Origin: Acidobacteriota bacterium
Lineage (GTDB): Bacteria > Acidobacteriota > UBA6911 > RPQK01 > JAJDTT01
Length of the DNA: 64,000 bases
Direction of reading: 5' to 3'
NCBI GenBank assembly: GCA_965263035.1
Contig: OZ253580.1
Location: 2,016,001-2,080,000, forward strand
The position numbers and the translations under genes are program-made. Positions within the stretch are counted from its first letter, which is position 1. Each line of letters begins with the position of its first letter. The notes under the pieces are model-generated. The model saw nothing but the letters and a program-made list of their open reading frames with translations, made no database searches and was not told the DNA's origin. Positions 10,384 through 19,478 of the stretch are shown piece by piece.

Positions 10384-11808
10384 ATGAATCACTCGAAAGT
10401 ATTGGTCACGAGCCTCCTGGCACTGCTTGCCATGCCCATCCTGCAGTCGGGCCATTCACCGGTCCAGATCGGAAGTGAACGCCAACTGTTCGTGGATCGT
10501 CTGCTGATCGACCGCATGGACGGAGTCCGATTGAAGATGCACTCTCCCGTTCGCAGGGAGGCCGCCCTGCGTATGGAGCATCCGTGGGAAGAACGGGGTG
10601 TTTCCTACATGGTGACGTTCAAGGACGGAGACCGCTTTCGGGCCTGGTACCGCGCCGACGCCGCCACCCATCGGACCGCCTACGCCGAGAGCAGAGACGG
10701 CATCACCTGGGAGAAACCCATGATCGGCCCGATCCCGTTCGGAGACCACAAGCAGACCAACCTGGTCTGGGAAGCCGAGGACAGAGCCGGCAACCTCTCG
10801 GTTCTCAAGGACCCGAATCCGGATGTGCCTCCCGACGAAAGGTACAAGGGGATCGTCCGTGGCCGGGGCCAGATCACGGCGCTGGTCTCGGAGGATGGCA
10901 TTCATTGGCGGCCGTTCCGGGAGAAGCCCCTGATCGACAACCACCCGGTCGACTCCCACAACATCCTGATCTGGGATCCGCATCTGGAGCGGTACGCCAT
11001 CTACTTCCGGGGCATCCGAAAGGTCCCCGGCGTGGCGATCGACAACACCTCCTGGAAGACTCTGGGAGTCCGCTGGGTGCGGCGCTCGTTGTCCCGAGAC
11101 TTTCGGAGCTGGTCGGAGCCGCGGCTCATCGAATCGGGAAGTTCCCCGATCGAACAGTTCTACACCAACGACACCGTCGTCTACGAACGGGCTCCCACCT
11201 GGTTTCTCATGTTCCCTTCCCGCTTCGTGGTGGAGCGGGTACCGGTTCCCGACTGGCCCGCCGGCTCCGGCGTCAACGACATCGTGCTGCTCTCCAGCCG
11301 GGACGGTCTCAACTGGGACCGGACCTTCCTGGAGGCCTTTCTGCGCCCGGGGCCCGATCCCAACACCTGGCACGAACGGGCGCTGTACATGGAACACGGA
11401 ATCCTGCAGACGGGTCCCCGGGAGCTGTCCATGTACGCCATGCACAACTGGAGAACGGACGACACTCACATCCGCCGGCTCAGTCTGCGAGTGGACGGGT
11501 TCGCCTCGGTTCATGGCGACTACGCCGGAGGTGTCCTGATCACCCGCCCGCTGGTCTTCGAGGGGAGTGAACTGGAGATCAACTTTGCCACCTCCGCGGT
11601 GGGCAGCCTCCGTTTCGAAATTCGGGACGGAAGCAACAATCCGCTTCCGGGCTACGGAATGCAGGACTGCGACGAGATCTACGGGGACGAGATCGACCGG
11701 GTCGTGAAGTGGAAGGGCAGCACGGATGTCTCCTCGCTGACGGGAAAGCCGGTCCGCCTCCACATCCGGTTGCGGGACGCCGACCTCTATTCCTTCCGCT
11801 TCCGGTAG
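10384..11808 (+). CDS. Beta-propeller glycosidase-like protein, paralog 3
   Basis: Start MNHSKVLV (signal peptide); RQLFVDR, AESRDGITWEKP, DSHN, LRVDGFAS; the ORF-track N-terminal extension is antisense shadow. Confidence 0.78.
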   Translation: MNHSKVLVTSLLALLAMPILQSGHSPVQIGSERQLFVDRLLIDRMDGVRLKMHSPVRREAALRMEHPWEERGVSYMVTFKDGDRFRAWYRADAATHRTAYAESRDGITWEKPMIGPIPFGDHKQTNLVWEAEDRAGNLSVLKDPNPDVPPDERYKGIVRGRGQITALVSEDGIHWRPFREKPLIDNHPVDSHNILIWDPHLERYAIYFRGIRKVPGVAIDNTSWKTLGVRWVRRSLSRDFRSWSEPRLIESGSSPIEQFYTNDTVVYERAPTWFLMFPSRFVVERVPVPDWPAGSGVNDIVLLSSRDGLNWDRTFLEAFLRPGPDPNTWHERALYMEHGILQTGPRELSMYAMHNWRTDDTHIRRLSLRVDGFASVHGDYAGGVLITRPLVFEGSELEINFATSAVGSLRFEIRDGSNNPLPGYGMQDCDEIYGDEIDRVVKWKGSTDVSSLTGKPVRLHIRLRDADLYSFRFR

Positions 11809-11967
11809 GAGTCTGCGCGGTAGGAATGATCGTAGCGAGAAAGCGGGGAATCGAGGCCAGATTTTCTCGATTTTGAGGTGCATAGTCGTTCTATTCGCCG
11901 AGAAATCGGGGAAATATGGACCGATTCTACCGCTTTCGCAGTAGATCAATTTCTGCCGCGCAGGCTC
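11809..11967. mobile_element. 159-bp MITE, copy 1
   Basis: TIRs GAGTCTGCGCGGTAGGAAT / ATTTCTGCCGCGCAGGCTC; near-identical to 45173-45331; begins immediately after a TAG stop. Confidence 0.85.
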
Positions 11968-11988
11968 CTGGGCGGGAATCGGACCCGG

Positions 11989-12660
11989 TCAGCGAGGCGC
12001 CTCCGGCCAGACGGCATCGGGGCTCGCAGCTTCCGGTTGATCGGGACCCAGGTTGGCCGGGTCCACGGCAGCCACAACGAAGTTCTCAGGAGGTACCGGA
12101 GATCCGGACAGGCGGCGAAGCATGGCGAGCTGACCGGCATGGGTCATGGCGTCGGCGAACGGTCCCTGCGCCAGCCGTTCTTCGTTCGTGCCGTTCAGTT
12201 CGGTACCCGCCATGAGGTGCCGCGCCAGATCCTCCAATATCGAGTGGAAGCGCGTGACCTCCGCGTCAAGGTCCGGCAACGGTTCCGGCCAGTACCGGCC
12301 TCCCTGAAAGAACGTTCGCGCGTATCCGAGAACACTTGTCATATGCCGTACCAGCTCGGCCGGCGTTCGCACCTGATTGCCGACCCGGAACGTGCCAAAG
12401 GATTCGGGCGCACCCCTGAGCGCCTTCTGCGTCCGGTAGGCGAGCGCGGCGAGAAAATGCCGAAGCATCGCGCGTTTGTCACTCATGACATTACAGAACT
12501 CCATGTAGTCATCGATGGATTCGCGAAAAGCCCGCTCAAGACCGTTGACCGTATCGCTCTGGAACGTGATCACGTCGCGCATTTCCACCACTTCCCCGTG
12601 GAATGCGTTGGCTTCGGCGTCGTACTCGGCGTGGCCAACGTATCCCTTGTACTCCAGCAT
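11989..12660 (-). CDS. HicB N-domain fused in frame to a DinB-like protein
   Basis: AGGAGG RBS; MLEYKGYVGHAEYD...FRESIDDYMEFC (HicB) followed by MSDKRAMLRHFLAALAYR...LVRHM...MTHAGQLAMLRR (DinB-like; internal ATG at 12486). Confidence 0.7.
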   Translation of the reverse strand: MLEYKGYVGHAEYDAEANAFHGEVVEMRDVITFQSDTVNGLERAFRESIDDYMEFCNVMSDKRAMLRHFLAALAYRTQKALRGAPESFGTFRVGNQVRTPAELVRHMTSVLGYARTFFQGGRYWPEPLPDLDAEVTRFHSILEDLARHLMAGTELNGTNEERLAQGPFADAMTHAGQLAMLRRLSGSPVPPENFVVAAVDPANLGPDQPEAASPDAVWPEAPR

Positions 12661-12698
12661 AGTTAATCCTCCTATCCCGCCCACTTTTGCGAATTTCG

Positions 12699-13700
12699 TC
12701 AAAGCCGGAGCTCTCTGTCCAGTTGGACCCTTCGCCCGCCCGCCCGCCGCGAGACGTCGGCTCCGATCATGATACGGCACACGGCCACCGTGTCCTTCAT
12801 CAGCTCGACGGGGCGTTGTCCCGTCCGGACCATGGACACGAAGTCGCCGAGCAGGCTCCGCATCATGAAGAAGGGGTCGTCGGCCGGCAGTACCGAGTGT
12901 CCCTGCGTTCCGTGAAGCGACATCTCCAACGTCTTCGCCATGGGATAGAGGACCTGCAGAAGGGCGCGGCGCCGGTTCGAATAGGTCACCTCCACCGACC
13001 AGTCGCCTCCCTGTACCCGATGACTGTTCCCGGCACCGTCCCGCCAGGGAATGGTCTTGAGGGGTCCCGGCTCTCCCAGAAAGGTGACGTTGACCGGTTC
13101 CCGGCCCCAGAGTTGAACCAGCGTCTCGCCCATGTGCCAGCCGTAACCGAACCAGTCCATGGCCGACAGGCCACGGAAGAGGCGGGCCGTCCCGACCGGG
13201 CTGGGCTCCGACTTCAGTTCCCGGAGCGCCGGATTGTAGCGTAAGTTGGAGCAGCTCATGAGAGGGTACTCCTCTCCGGCCTCGCTCCAGAGTTGTTGTA
13301 AGTCTTCCCAGCGACTGACTAGCGGCCGGTCGACAAAGATCGGGATCCCGCGCTGCAGGAAGGGGCGGGCCAAGGGCAGATGGACATCCCCCTCGTTCTC
13401 GGTAATCAGGACGCCGTCCACCCCGTCCAGGAGCTCCTCCGGCCGATCCGCCACGTGTGGAATCCGCCCGATCCAGGCGGCGTGTTCCGCCTTTCGGCGA
13501 TCCTCAGCCCAGATCGACACCACCCGGGCTCCGGCAAGCCGCCGCTCTTCCGGCGGTTGGGCCTCCAGGTAGCGCACGATGTTGGGGTAGGCTTCTTTCA
13601 ACCCCTGCCGAGCGTAGCCGTTGCAGAAGGCGGACAGGGAATAGGGATGGCCATGGGAGACTCCCAGGATGCCCAGACGCAATTCTGAATTCGCCGACAT
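12699..13700 (-). CDS. Gfo/Idh/MocA family oxidoreductase
   Basis: LRLGILG Rossmann start; VDGVLI; HLPLARPFLQRGIPIFVDRP (EKP-like); YGWH. Confidence 0.8.
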   Translation of the reverse strand: MSANSELRLGILGVSHGHPYSLSAFCNGYARQGLKEAYPNIVRYLEAQPPEERRLAGARVVSIWAEDRRKAEHAAWIGRIPHVADRPEELLDGVDGVLITENEGDVHLPLARPFLQRGIPIFVDRPLVSRWEDLQQLWSEAGEEYPLMSCSNLRYNPALRELKSEPSPVGTARLFRGLSAMDWFGYGWHMGETLVQLWGREPVNVTFLGEPGPLKTIPWRDGAGNSHRVQGGDWSVEVTYSNRRRALLQVLYPMAKTLEMSLHGTQGHSVLPADDPFFMMRSLLGDFVSMVRTGQRPVELMKDTVAVCRIMIGADVSRRAGGRRVQLDRELRL

Positions 13701-13711
13701 GCCGCCACCTG

Positions 13712-15448
13712 TTACTGGAATTGAAAGGCAAAGATCTTGGCTCGGCGCAAGTGGAAGCGAAGGCGCACCGGTTCTCCGGCCAGATCCTTCAGGCTCGGCC
13801 CGTTCCTCCAGGTGATTGCTTGCGCCACCGAGTTTCCCTGGAAGGCGTCGCAATCGTCCCGGCCGAATCCGGCCAACGGAACCCCGGTTGAGGCGTCCAG
13901 CACCTCGACCGCGACTCGGCCCTCGTCGCCCGCGGTGCGGGCGTTGATCTCCAGACGCTCACCCTCGAAAACCAGAGGCTTGGTGGTGAAATCCCCGTCC
14001 CCGGCCGTCAACGAGACGAATCCGTCCAGGCGCAACTTGGCCAGGTTGATGCTGCTCTCCTCGTTCTCACCTCGCGGCAGCGCCCAGTGACCCTTGCGGT
14101 AGCCGATGTAATAGAGCCAGATCTCGCCCAGGTCCTTCCGCACCACCGGCAACTGGGCCATGTAGACCATGCCGGCGTCGTAGGTGTCGGCGGGCCCGAC
14201 CGGCAGGAAAGGTCGGCCGTTTCCCAACCGCCGCCACTGCCGGCCGTCCCGGCTGGCGACCAACTGGATGTCCACGGTGTCCAGCCAAGGCGTCCGGGCC
14301 GTTCCTCGGACGGGCGGGATCCCCGGCTCCATCCCGCTGCAGATATGGTAGCGGGTCAGGAAGGCGACGTACTGACTCTCGTAGGGCAGGCACTCCAGGG
14401 TGTAGAAGCCGCCGGTGCACGGCGCGTCCCTCTCGTCGGGCGGGATCAGGAGGTAGGGCCGGTTGACCGCCACCGGGTCCTTCATCCCCTGGGGCGCGTC
14501 CCACTTCAGGAAATCGGGACTGGTGGCGATGCCGGGAGCCCGCACCCGCCCTTCCCGCGCCTGGAATCGGGAATCGCCTTCGAAGAGGGGAGGCCAGAGT
14601 CGTATGTGCGCCACGTACCGGCTGCGGGCTTCGTCCCAGAACACCACCTGGTGAGTGTCGTTGTTCAGGTAGACGGGATTGACCTCGGGGCTGGGATAGT
14701 TGGTCCACCGGATCCCGTCGGGAGAATAAGCGGCCCAGACGCCACCCTGGACGGTCTCGGCGTGAAATCCCGCTTGCCCCGGCTTGAGCGCGGGACGCCG
14801 GTAGAGCATCTTGTAGCGCTTCTCCGGGTCCTTTTCGTGGGGATCCTTGAAGACCCCCGGCGCCCGGACTCCACCCGGTTTGCCGAAGACGAAGTTGTGC
14901 TCCCGGGAGGCCCGTCCGGCGCAGAAGGACGAACGGAAGTCGAACTGCCCCACGGACGGCGCCTCCCAGTCGATCCCGTTGCTGGAGGTGTAGTACCCGA
15001 GAAGGTTCTCCTTCCAGAGATAGTCCACCACCTGGTTCCACATCTTGTAGATCTTCTCGTCCCGATCGTAGATCAGGTTGCTGTGTCCGAAATCCATGTC
15101 GGCGCCCCAGCAACGGTCCATCTGCAGGACGGGGTTCCCGGCGTATTTCAGGGGTTGGTTGACCAGCGAATAGACGCCTCGGCGGGATTCCACGATCTGG
15201 TCATCCAGGAAGAGTTGCTTCTGCCGGCCGACAACAATCGGTTCCGCCCCGGCCTCCATGGAGACCGTGGCGCCGGACAGGAGGACAAAGGCAAGCAAAC
15301 TGAAAGCAAGATACCGAGGCCGGAATTCTGGACTGTGAAGCGGCACTGCGTACGATTTGGAAACGATCATGGTGATCCTCATTAGGAAATTCGTCCGAGG
15401 CAACGACCCGGAACTGAGCGCATAGCGCCCCGATTTTCTCCCGGCCAT
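13712..15448 (-). CDS. Beta-propeller glycosidase-like protein, paralog 4 (start uncertain)
   Basis: KQLFLDD, TSSNGIDWEAP, NDTHQ, LRLDGFVS. Confidence 0.75.
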   Translation of the reverse strand: MAGRKSGRYALSSGSLPRTNFLMRITMIVSKSYAVPLHSPEFRPRYLAFSLLAFVLLSGATVSMEAGAEPIVVGRQKQLFLDDQIVESRRGVYSLVNQPLKYAGNPVLQMDRCWGADMDFGHSNLIYDRDEKIYKMWNQVVDYLWKENLLGYYTSSNGIDWEAPSVGQFDFRSSFCAGRASREHNFVFGKPGGVRAPGVFKDPHEKDPEKRYKMLYRRPALKPGQAGFHAETVQGGVWAAYSPDGIRWTNYPSPEVNPVYLNNDTHQVVFWDEARSRYVAHIRLWPPLFEGDSRFQAREGRVRAPGIATSPDFLKWDAPQGMKDPVAVNRPYLLIPPDERDAPCTGGFYTLECLPYESQYVAFLTRYHICSGMEPGIPPVRGTARTPWLDTVDIQLVASRDGRQWRRLGNGRPFLPVGPADTYDAGMVYMAQLPVVRKDLGEIWLYYIGYRKGHWALPRGENEESSINLAKLRLDGFVSLTAGDGDFTTKPLVFEGERLEINARTAGDEGRVAVEVLDASTGVPLAGFGRDDCDAFQGNSVAQAITWRNGPSLKDLAGEPVRLRFHLRRAKIFAFQFQ

Positions 15449-15461
15449 CGCCTCTCCACGG

Positions 15462-16244
15462 TTACATGGCCGTGTATCCTCCATCGACGACCAAGTTGGC
15501 TCCGGTCACGTAGCTGGAGGCGTCCGAGGCCAGGAACAGGATGGCGGCGGCCACCTCCCGTGCCTCCGCCATCCGGTTGAGCATGGTGCGGGCGCTGTAG
15601 CGCCGGACGAACTCGGCAGTGGACGGCAAGACCCGGATCCCGCCGGGGCTGACGCAATTGCAGCGCACGCCGGCTGGTCCATAGTAGCTGGCCACGAACC
15701 GCGTGAAATTGATCATCCCCCCCTTGTGAAAGAAGTAATCGGGGACGAAGGGTTGGCGGTCCAGACCCTGGTACAGACTCCGGTCGGGTCCGACCTGACC
15801 TTGAATCGAGGCCACGTTGACGATGGAGCCGCCGCCGGACTCCGCCATCAGGTCTCCAAAGGTCCGCGTCATCATGAACAGGCCGGTGGCGTTGACCCGC
15901 ATGCTCCGGGAAAAGAGAGCAGGATCATCGGTCCAATCCTTCATGCTGCGGCCGACCGCGGCATTGACCAGGACCTGAAGGGCGCCTTCCCGCTCCAGTA
16001 TGGTGGCCCTGAGATCCCGGATCGACTGCTCGTCTCCCTGGTCCAACGGGACCGGAACCACCGGGAGACCCTGCCGCACCAGCTTTTCGGCCACGGTCCG
16101 CATCCGGTCCAGCCGGAGGTCGCCTCCGTAGACCGTCGCCCCGGCTTCGGCCAGGGCCTGGATGAATGTCGGAGCGTGCCGTCCCGCCCCCCCGGTGACC
16201 AGCGCCACCTTGCCCTTCAGGGAGAAGCTGTCGAGTATTCCCAT
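15462..16244 (-). CDS. SDR family oxidoreductase
   Basis: ALVTGGAG, LVNAA, IVNVAS, YFFHK (YxxxK), YVTGANLVVDGG. Confidence 0.9.
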   Translation of the reverse strand: MGILDSFSLKGKVALVTGGAGRHAPTFIQALAEAGATVYGGDLRLDRMRTVAEKLVRQGLPVVPVPLDQGDEQSIRDLRATILEREGALQVLVNAAVGRSMKDWTDDPALFSRSMRVNATGLFMMTRTFGDLMAESGGGSIVNVASIQGQVGPDRSLYQGLDRQPFVPDYFFHKGGMINFTRFVASYYGPAGVRCNCVSPGGIRVLPSTAEFVRRYSARTMLNRMAEAREVAAAILFLASDASSYVTGANLVVDGGYTAM

Positions 16245-16247
16245 ACC

Positions 16248-17768
16248 TCAGCGGAAACGAAGGGCGAACAGATCCGCGTCCTGGAGCGCAAAGCGCAGCC
16301 GCACCGGACGACCCGCCAGGGAGGACACGTCGGGCCCTCCCTTCCACCGGACCTCCCGCTCCAGCTCGTCGCCGAAGATCACGGAACAGTCAGCGAGGCC
16401 GAATCCCTCCAGGGGAGTTCCCACCGCATCCTGCAACTCCACCCGGATGCTTCCGGCCGCCGAAGTCGAGAAGTTGAGGGTGAGCCGGCCGCCCTCGAAG
16501 ACGAGGGGACGGGTGACGATCTCGCCTCCCGCCATGGGGGCCGTCGCGGCCACGAAGCCGTCGATCCGGAGCGTATAGCGGCGGATGTTGGTGCTGTTCC
16601 CCCTCCAGTAGCCCTCGTTCACGTAAACGGAGAGTTCATTGGGAGCCCCCTCCAGATGGCTTCGGGTCTCCACGATGCCCCAATTCTGATAGTTGTCCCC
16701 GTAGACCCAGTTGCCCGTCGGCCTCAGCCCCGGACGGACGAAGGCCTCCTGCCAGCGGTGAAAGCTGATCCGGTCCCGGCCGGCCATGAAGATTCCCTCC
16801 GTCAGAGCCGTTCCGTACCGAATATGGACGCCGGCTCTCAGGCGCCGGTGCTCCGGCTCGGAAAGGGCTTTCATGGAGTCGGTCCATCCCCACTCGACGT
16901 AGCGTGTGGGAAAGCCCAACAGGATGTGGGGGGCCCGGTAGTAGGGCAGGATCTGGTTGGTGTAGAGCTCCTCGTCGGGCGCACCGGGGTAGCTGAGCCG
17001 GACCGGATCGGTCCAGTTCAGAAAGTCCTGGGAAACGCCGGTCAGAATGTCGCGGATACCGCGCCTTCCGGCGGGGTCGTCGGAAAGCTTCCTGAAATAC
17101 CGGTGATATTCGCGGTACTCGCGGCGCACCGGATCCCAGAAGGCCAGGTTCTGCGAATCGAACGCGCCCTTGGTGATGACCGGCCGGTCGGCCATGAGAT
17201 CCCAATGGATGCCGTCGGGAGACTTCCAGGCGTAGAGTCCCCGTTCCGAGCTCCCGCTGGACACCGCCTTGTACCGGGCGTCCGGGCCGGCCGCGGGGTT
17301 CGCGTCCTTGAAGGGCACGAAGTTGTGAATCGTGCCTCCCACCGGGAGCCGGTCCAGAATGATGTTGTTGACTTTGGATCCTTCGAACTCCACCAGACCC
17401 AGATTGGGGCGGTACCAGCGGATCCCATCCAGACTCTCGACGTAGCACACCACTTCCCGATGCGCCAATTTCAGGGTCTCGCCGGTGACGAATTGGGAGC
17501 CCCGGTAGTACATGCGATAGCGGCCGTCGTCCTGGAAGACGGTGAAGTAGCCGCACGCATTCCCCTCCCAGCTCCGATCGGTCACCAGGGCGACCTCCCG
17601 GGGAGCGGGCCGGCGTAGTTCGAGCCGGGCCTCACCGCGAGTCTCGTCGATCAGGGCGCCGTCCACGAAAAGCTCGAGGCGAGAACCGATCTCCAGTCCC
17701 GAATGCTGAGCCCATAGGGAAACGCCGCTCCAGAACAGGAGGACGAACAAGATCACTCGTGGGGGCAT
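16248..17768 (-). CDS. Beta-propeller glycosidase-like protein, paralog 5
   Basis: LELFVDG, FDSQN, ELYTNQ, LRIDGFVA; RBS AAGGGAG. Confidence 0.8.
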   Translation of the reverse strand: MPPRVILFVLLFWSGVSLWAQHSGLEIGSRLELFVDGALIDETRGEARLELRRPAPREVALVTDRSWEGNACGYFTVFQDDGRYRMYYRGSQFVTGETLKLAHREVVCYVESLDGIRWYRPNLGLVEFEGSKVNNIILDRLPVGGTIHNFVPFKDANPAAGPDARYKAVSSGSSERGLYAWKSPDGIHWDLMADRPVITKGAFDSQNLAFWDPVRREYREYHRYFRKLSDDPAGRRGIRDILTGVSQDFLNWTDPVRLSYPGAPDEELYTNQILPYYRAPHILLGFPTRYVEWGWTDSMKALSEPEHRRLRAGVHIRYGTALTEGIFMAGRDRISFHRWQEAFVRPGLRPTGNWVYGDNYQNWGIVETRSHLEGAPNELSVYVNEGYWRGNSTNIRRYTLRIDGFVAATAPMAGGEIVTRPLVFEGGRLTLNFSTSAAGSIRVELQDAVGTPLEGFGLADCSVIFGDELEREVRWKGGPDVSSLAGRPVRLRFALQDADLFALRFR

Positions 17769-17803
17769 GAGGACTCCCTTGTTTCCGATCATTCAGGTCA
17801 ACG

Positions 17804-19324
17804 TCACCGGAAACGAAGGGCGAACAGATCTGCGTCCTTGAGCACGAAACGCAGGCGGATCGGACGCCCCGCCAGGGCCGACACGTCGGGCCCTCCCTTC
17901 CACCGGACCTCCCGTTCCAGCTCGTCGCCGAAGATCACGGAGCAGTCGTCGAGGCCGAAACCGTCCAGCGGATTGCCCGCCGCATCCTGCACCTCCACCC
18001 GGATGCTCCCGGCGGCGGAAGTCGAGAAGTTGAGGGTGAGCCGGCCGCCCTCGAAGACGAGCGGCCGGGTCACGATCCCGCCTCCGGCCATGGGAGCCGT
18101 CACGGCTACGAAGCCGTCGACGCGGAGCGTATAACGGCGGAGTTTGGTGCCCTTCCCCCTCCAGTAACTCTCGTTGGCGTAAACGGAGAGTTCATTGGGG
18201 GCTCCCTCGATGTGGCTTCGGGTCTCCACGATGCCCCAGTTCTGAAAGTTGTCCGCGTAGACCCAGTTGTCCACCGGCCTCAGGCCCGGACGGATGTAGG
18301 CCTCCTGCCAGCGCCGAAAGCTGATCCGGTCCCGGCCGGCCATGAAGAGGCCCTCCGTCAAAGCTGTGCCGTAGCGAATATGGACTCCGGCTCTCAGACG
18401 CCGGTGCTCCAACTCGGGAAGGGCTCTCATCGAGTCGGACCACCCCAGCTCGATGTAGCGGCTGGGAAAGCCCAACAGGATGTGGGGGGCCCGGTAGTAG
18501 GGCAGGATCTGGTTGGTGTAGAGCTCCTCGTCCGGCGCACCGGGATAGCTGAGCCAGACCGGATCGGTCCAGTTCAGAAAGTCCTGCGAAGCACCGGTCA
18601 GAATGTCGCGGATACCGCGCTTGCCCTCCGGCAACCCTGCGATCTTTCTGAAATCCCGGTGATACCCGCGGTACTCGCGGCGCACCGGATCCCAGAAGGC
18701 CAGATTCTGAGAGTCGAAAGCACCCTTGGTGATGACCGGCCGGTCGGCCATGAGATCCCAGTGGATACCGTCGGGAGACTTCCAGGCGTAGAGCCCCCGT
18801 TCCGGACTCCCTCGTGACACGGCCTTGTAACGAGCGTCCGGAGCCGCCGCCAGGTTCGCATCCTTGAAGGGCACGAAATTGTGAACCGTGCCTCCAATGG
18901 GGAGCCGGTCCAGAATGATATTGTTCGCTTTGGACCCTTCGAAATCCACCAGGCCCAGGTTGGGGCGGTACCAATGGATCCCATCCAGGCTCTCGGCGTA
19001 ACAGATCACCTCCCGGTGAGGGCGCGTCAGGGTCTTGCCGGTGATGAAGTGGGAGCCCCGGTAATACATGCGATAGCGGCCGTCGTCCTGGAAGACGGTG
19101 AAGTGGCCGCACGCGTTCCCTTCCCAACTCCGATCGGTCTCCAGGACGACTTCCCTGGGAGTGGGCCGGCGAAGTTCGAGCCGGGCCTGTCCCCGGACCT
19201 CCTCGATCAGGGCGCCGTCCACAAAGAGTTCCAAGCGAGAACCGATCTCCAGTCCCGAATCCTGGGCTCGAACGTAAGCGTTGCTGCAGAACAGGAGAAC
19301 GAACAAAGTCACTCGTATCCGCAT
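17804..19324 (-). CDS. Beta-propeller glycosidase-like protein, paralog 6 (recent tandem duplicate of paralog 5)
   Basis: Highly similar to 16248-17768 at DNA level along its whole length. Confidence 0.8.
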   Translation of the reverse strand: MRIRVTLFVLLFCSNAYVRAQDSGLEIGSRLELFVDGALIEEVRGQARLELRRPTPREVVLETDRSWEGNACGHFTVFQDDGRYRMYYRGSHFITGKTLTRPHREVICYAESLDGIHWYRPNLGLVDFEGSKANNIILDRLPIGGTVHNFVPFKDANLAAAPDARYKAVSRGSPERGLYAWKSPDGIHWDLMADRPVITKGAFDSQNLAFWDPVRREYRGYHRDFRKIAGLPEGKRGIRDILTGASQDFLNWTDPVWLSYPGAPDEELYTNQILPYYRAPHILLGFPSRYIELGWSDSMRALPELEHRRLRAGVHIRYGTALTEGLFMAGRDRISFRRWQEAYIRPGLRPVDNWVYADNFQNWGIVETRSHIEGAPNELSVYANESYWRGKGTKLRRYTLRVDGFVAVTAPMAGGGIVTRPLVFEGGRLTLNFSTSAAGSIRVEVQDAAGNPLDGFGLDDCSVIFGDELEREVRWKGGPDVSALAGRPIRLRFVLKDADLFALRFR

Positions 19325-19478
19325 GATGACTCCCTTGGTTCCGGTGGAGGGTCGGAGTTGTTGAGAGAAAGCTAACACACCAAGGTTTCAGCGAACAACG
19401 GAGAGGAGGAACGATTGGGGAGATCACACGGGAGTCTGTGGGTCCCTCGTGACTTTCCCCTCTATCATGAAGGGTCGG

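Noticed and set aside
12661-12780. hicA upstream of the HicB fragment
   Set aside because: Only 38 bp separate it from the oxidoreductase stop; no room for a gene
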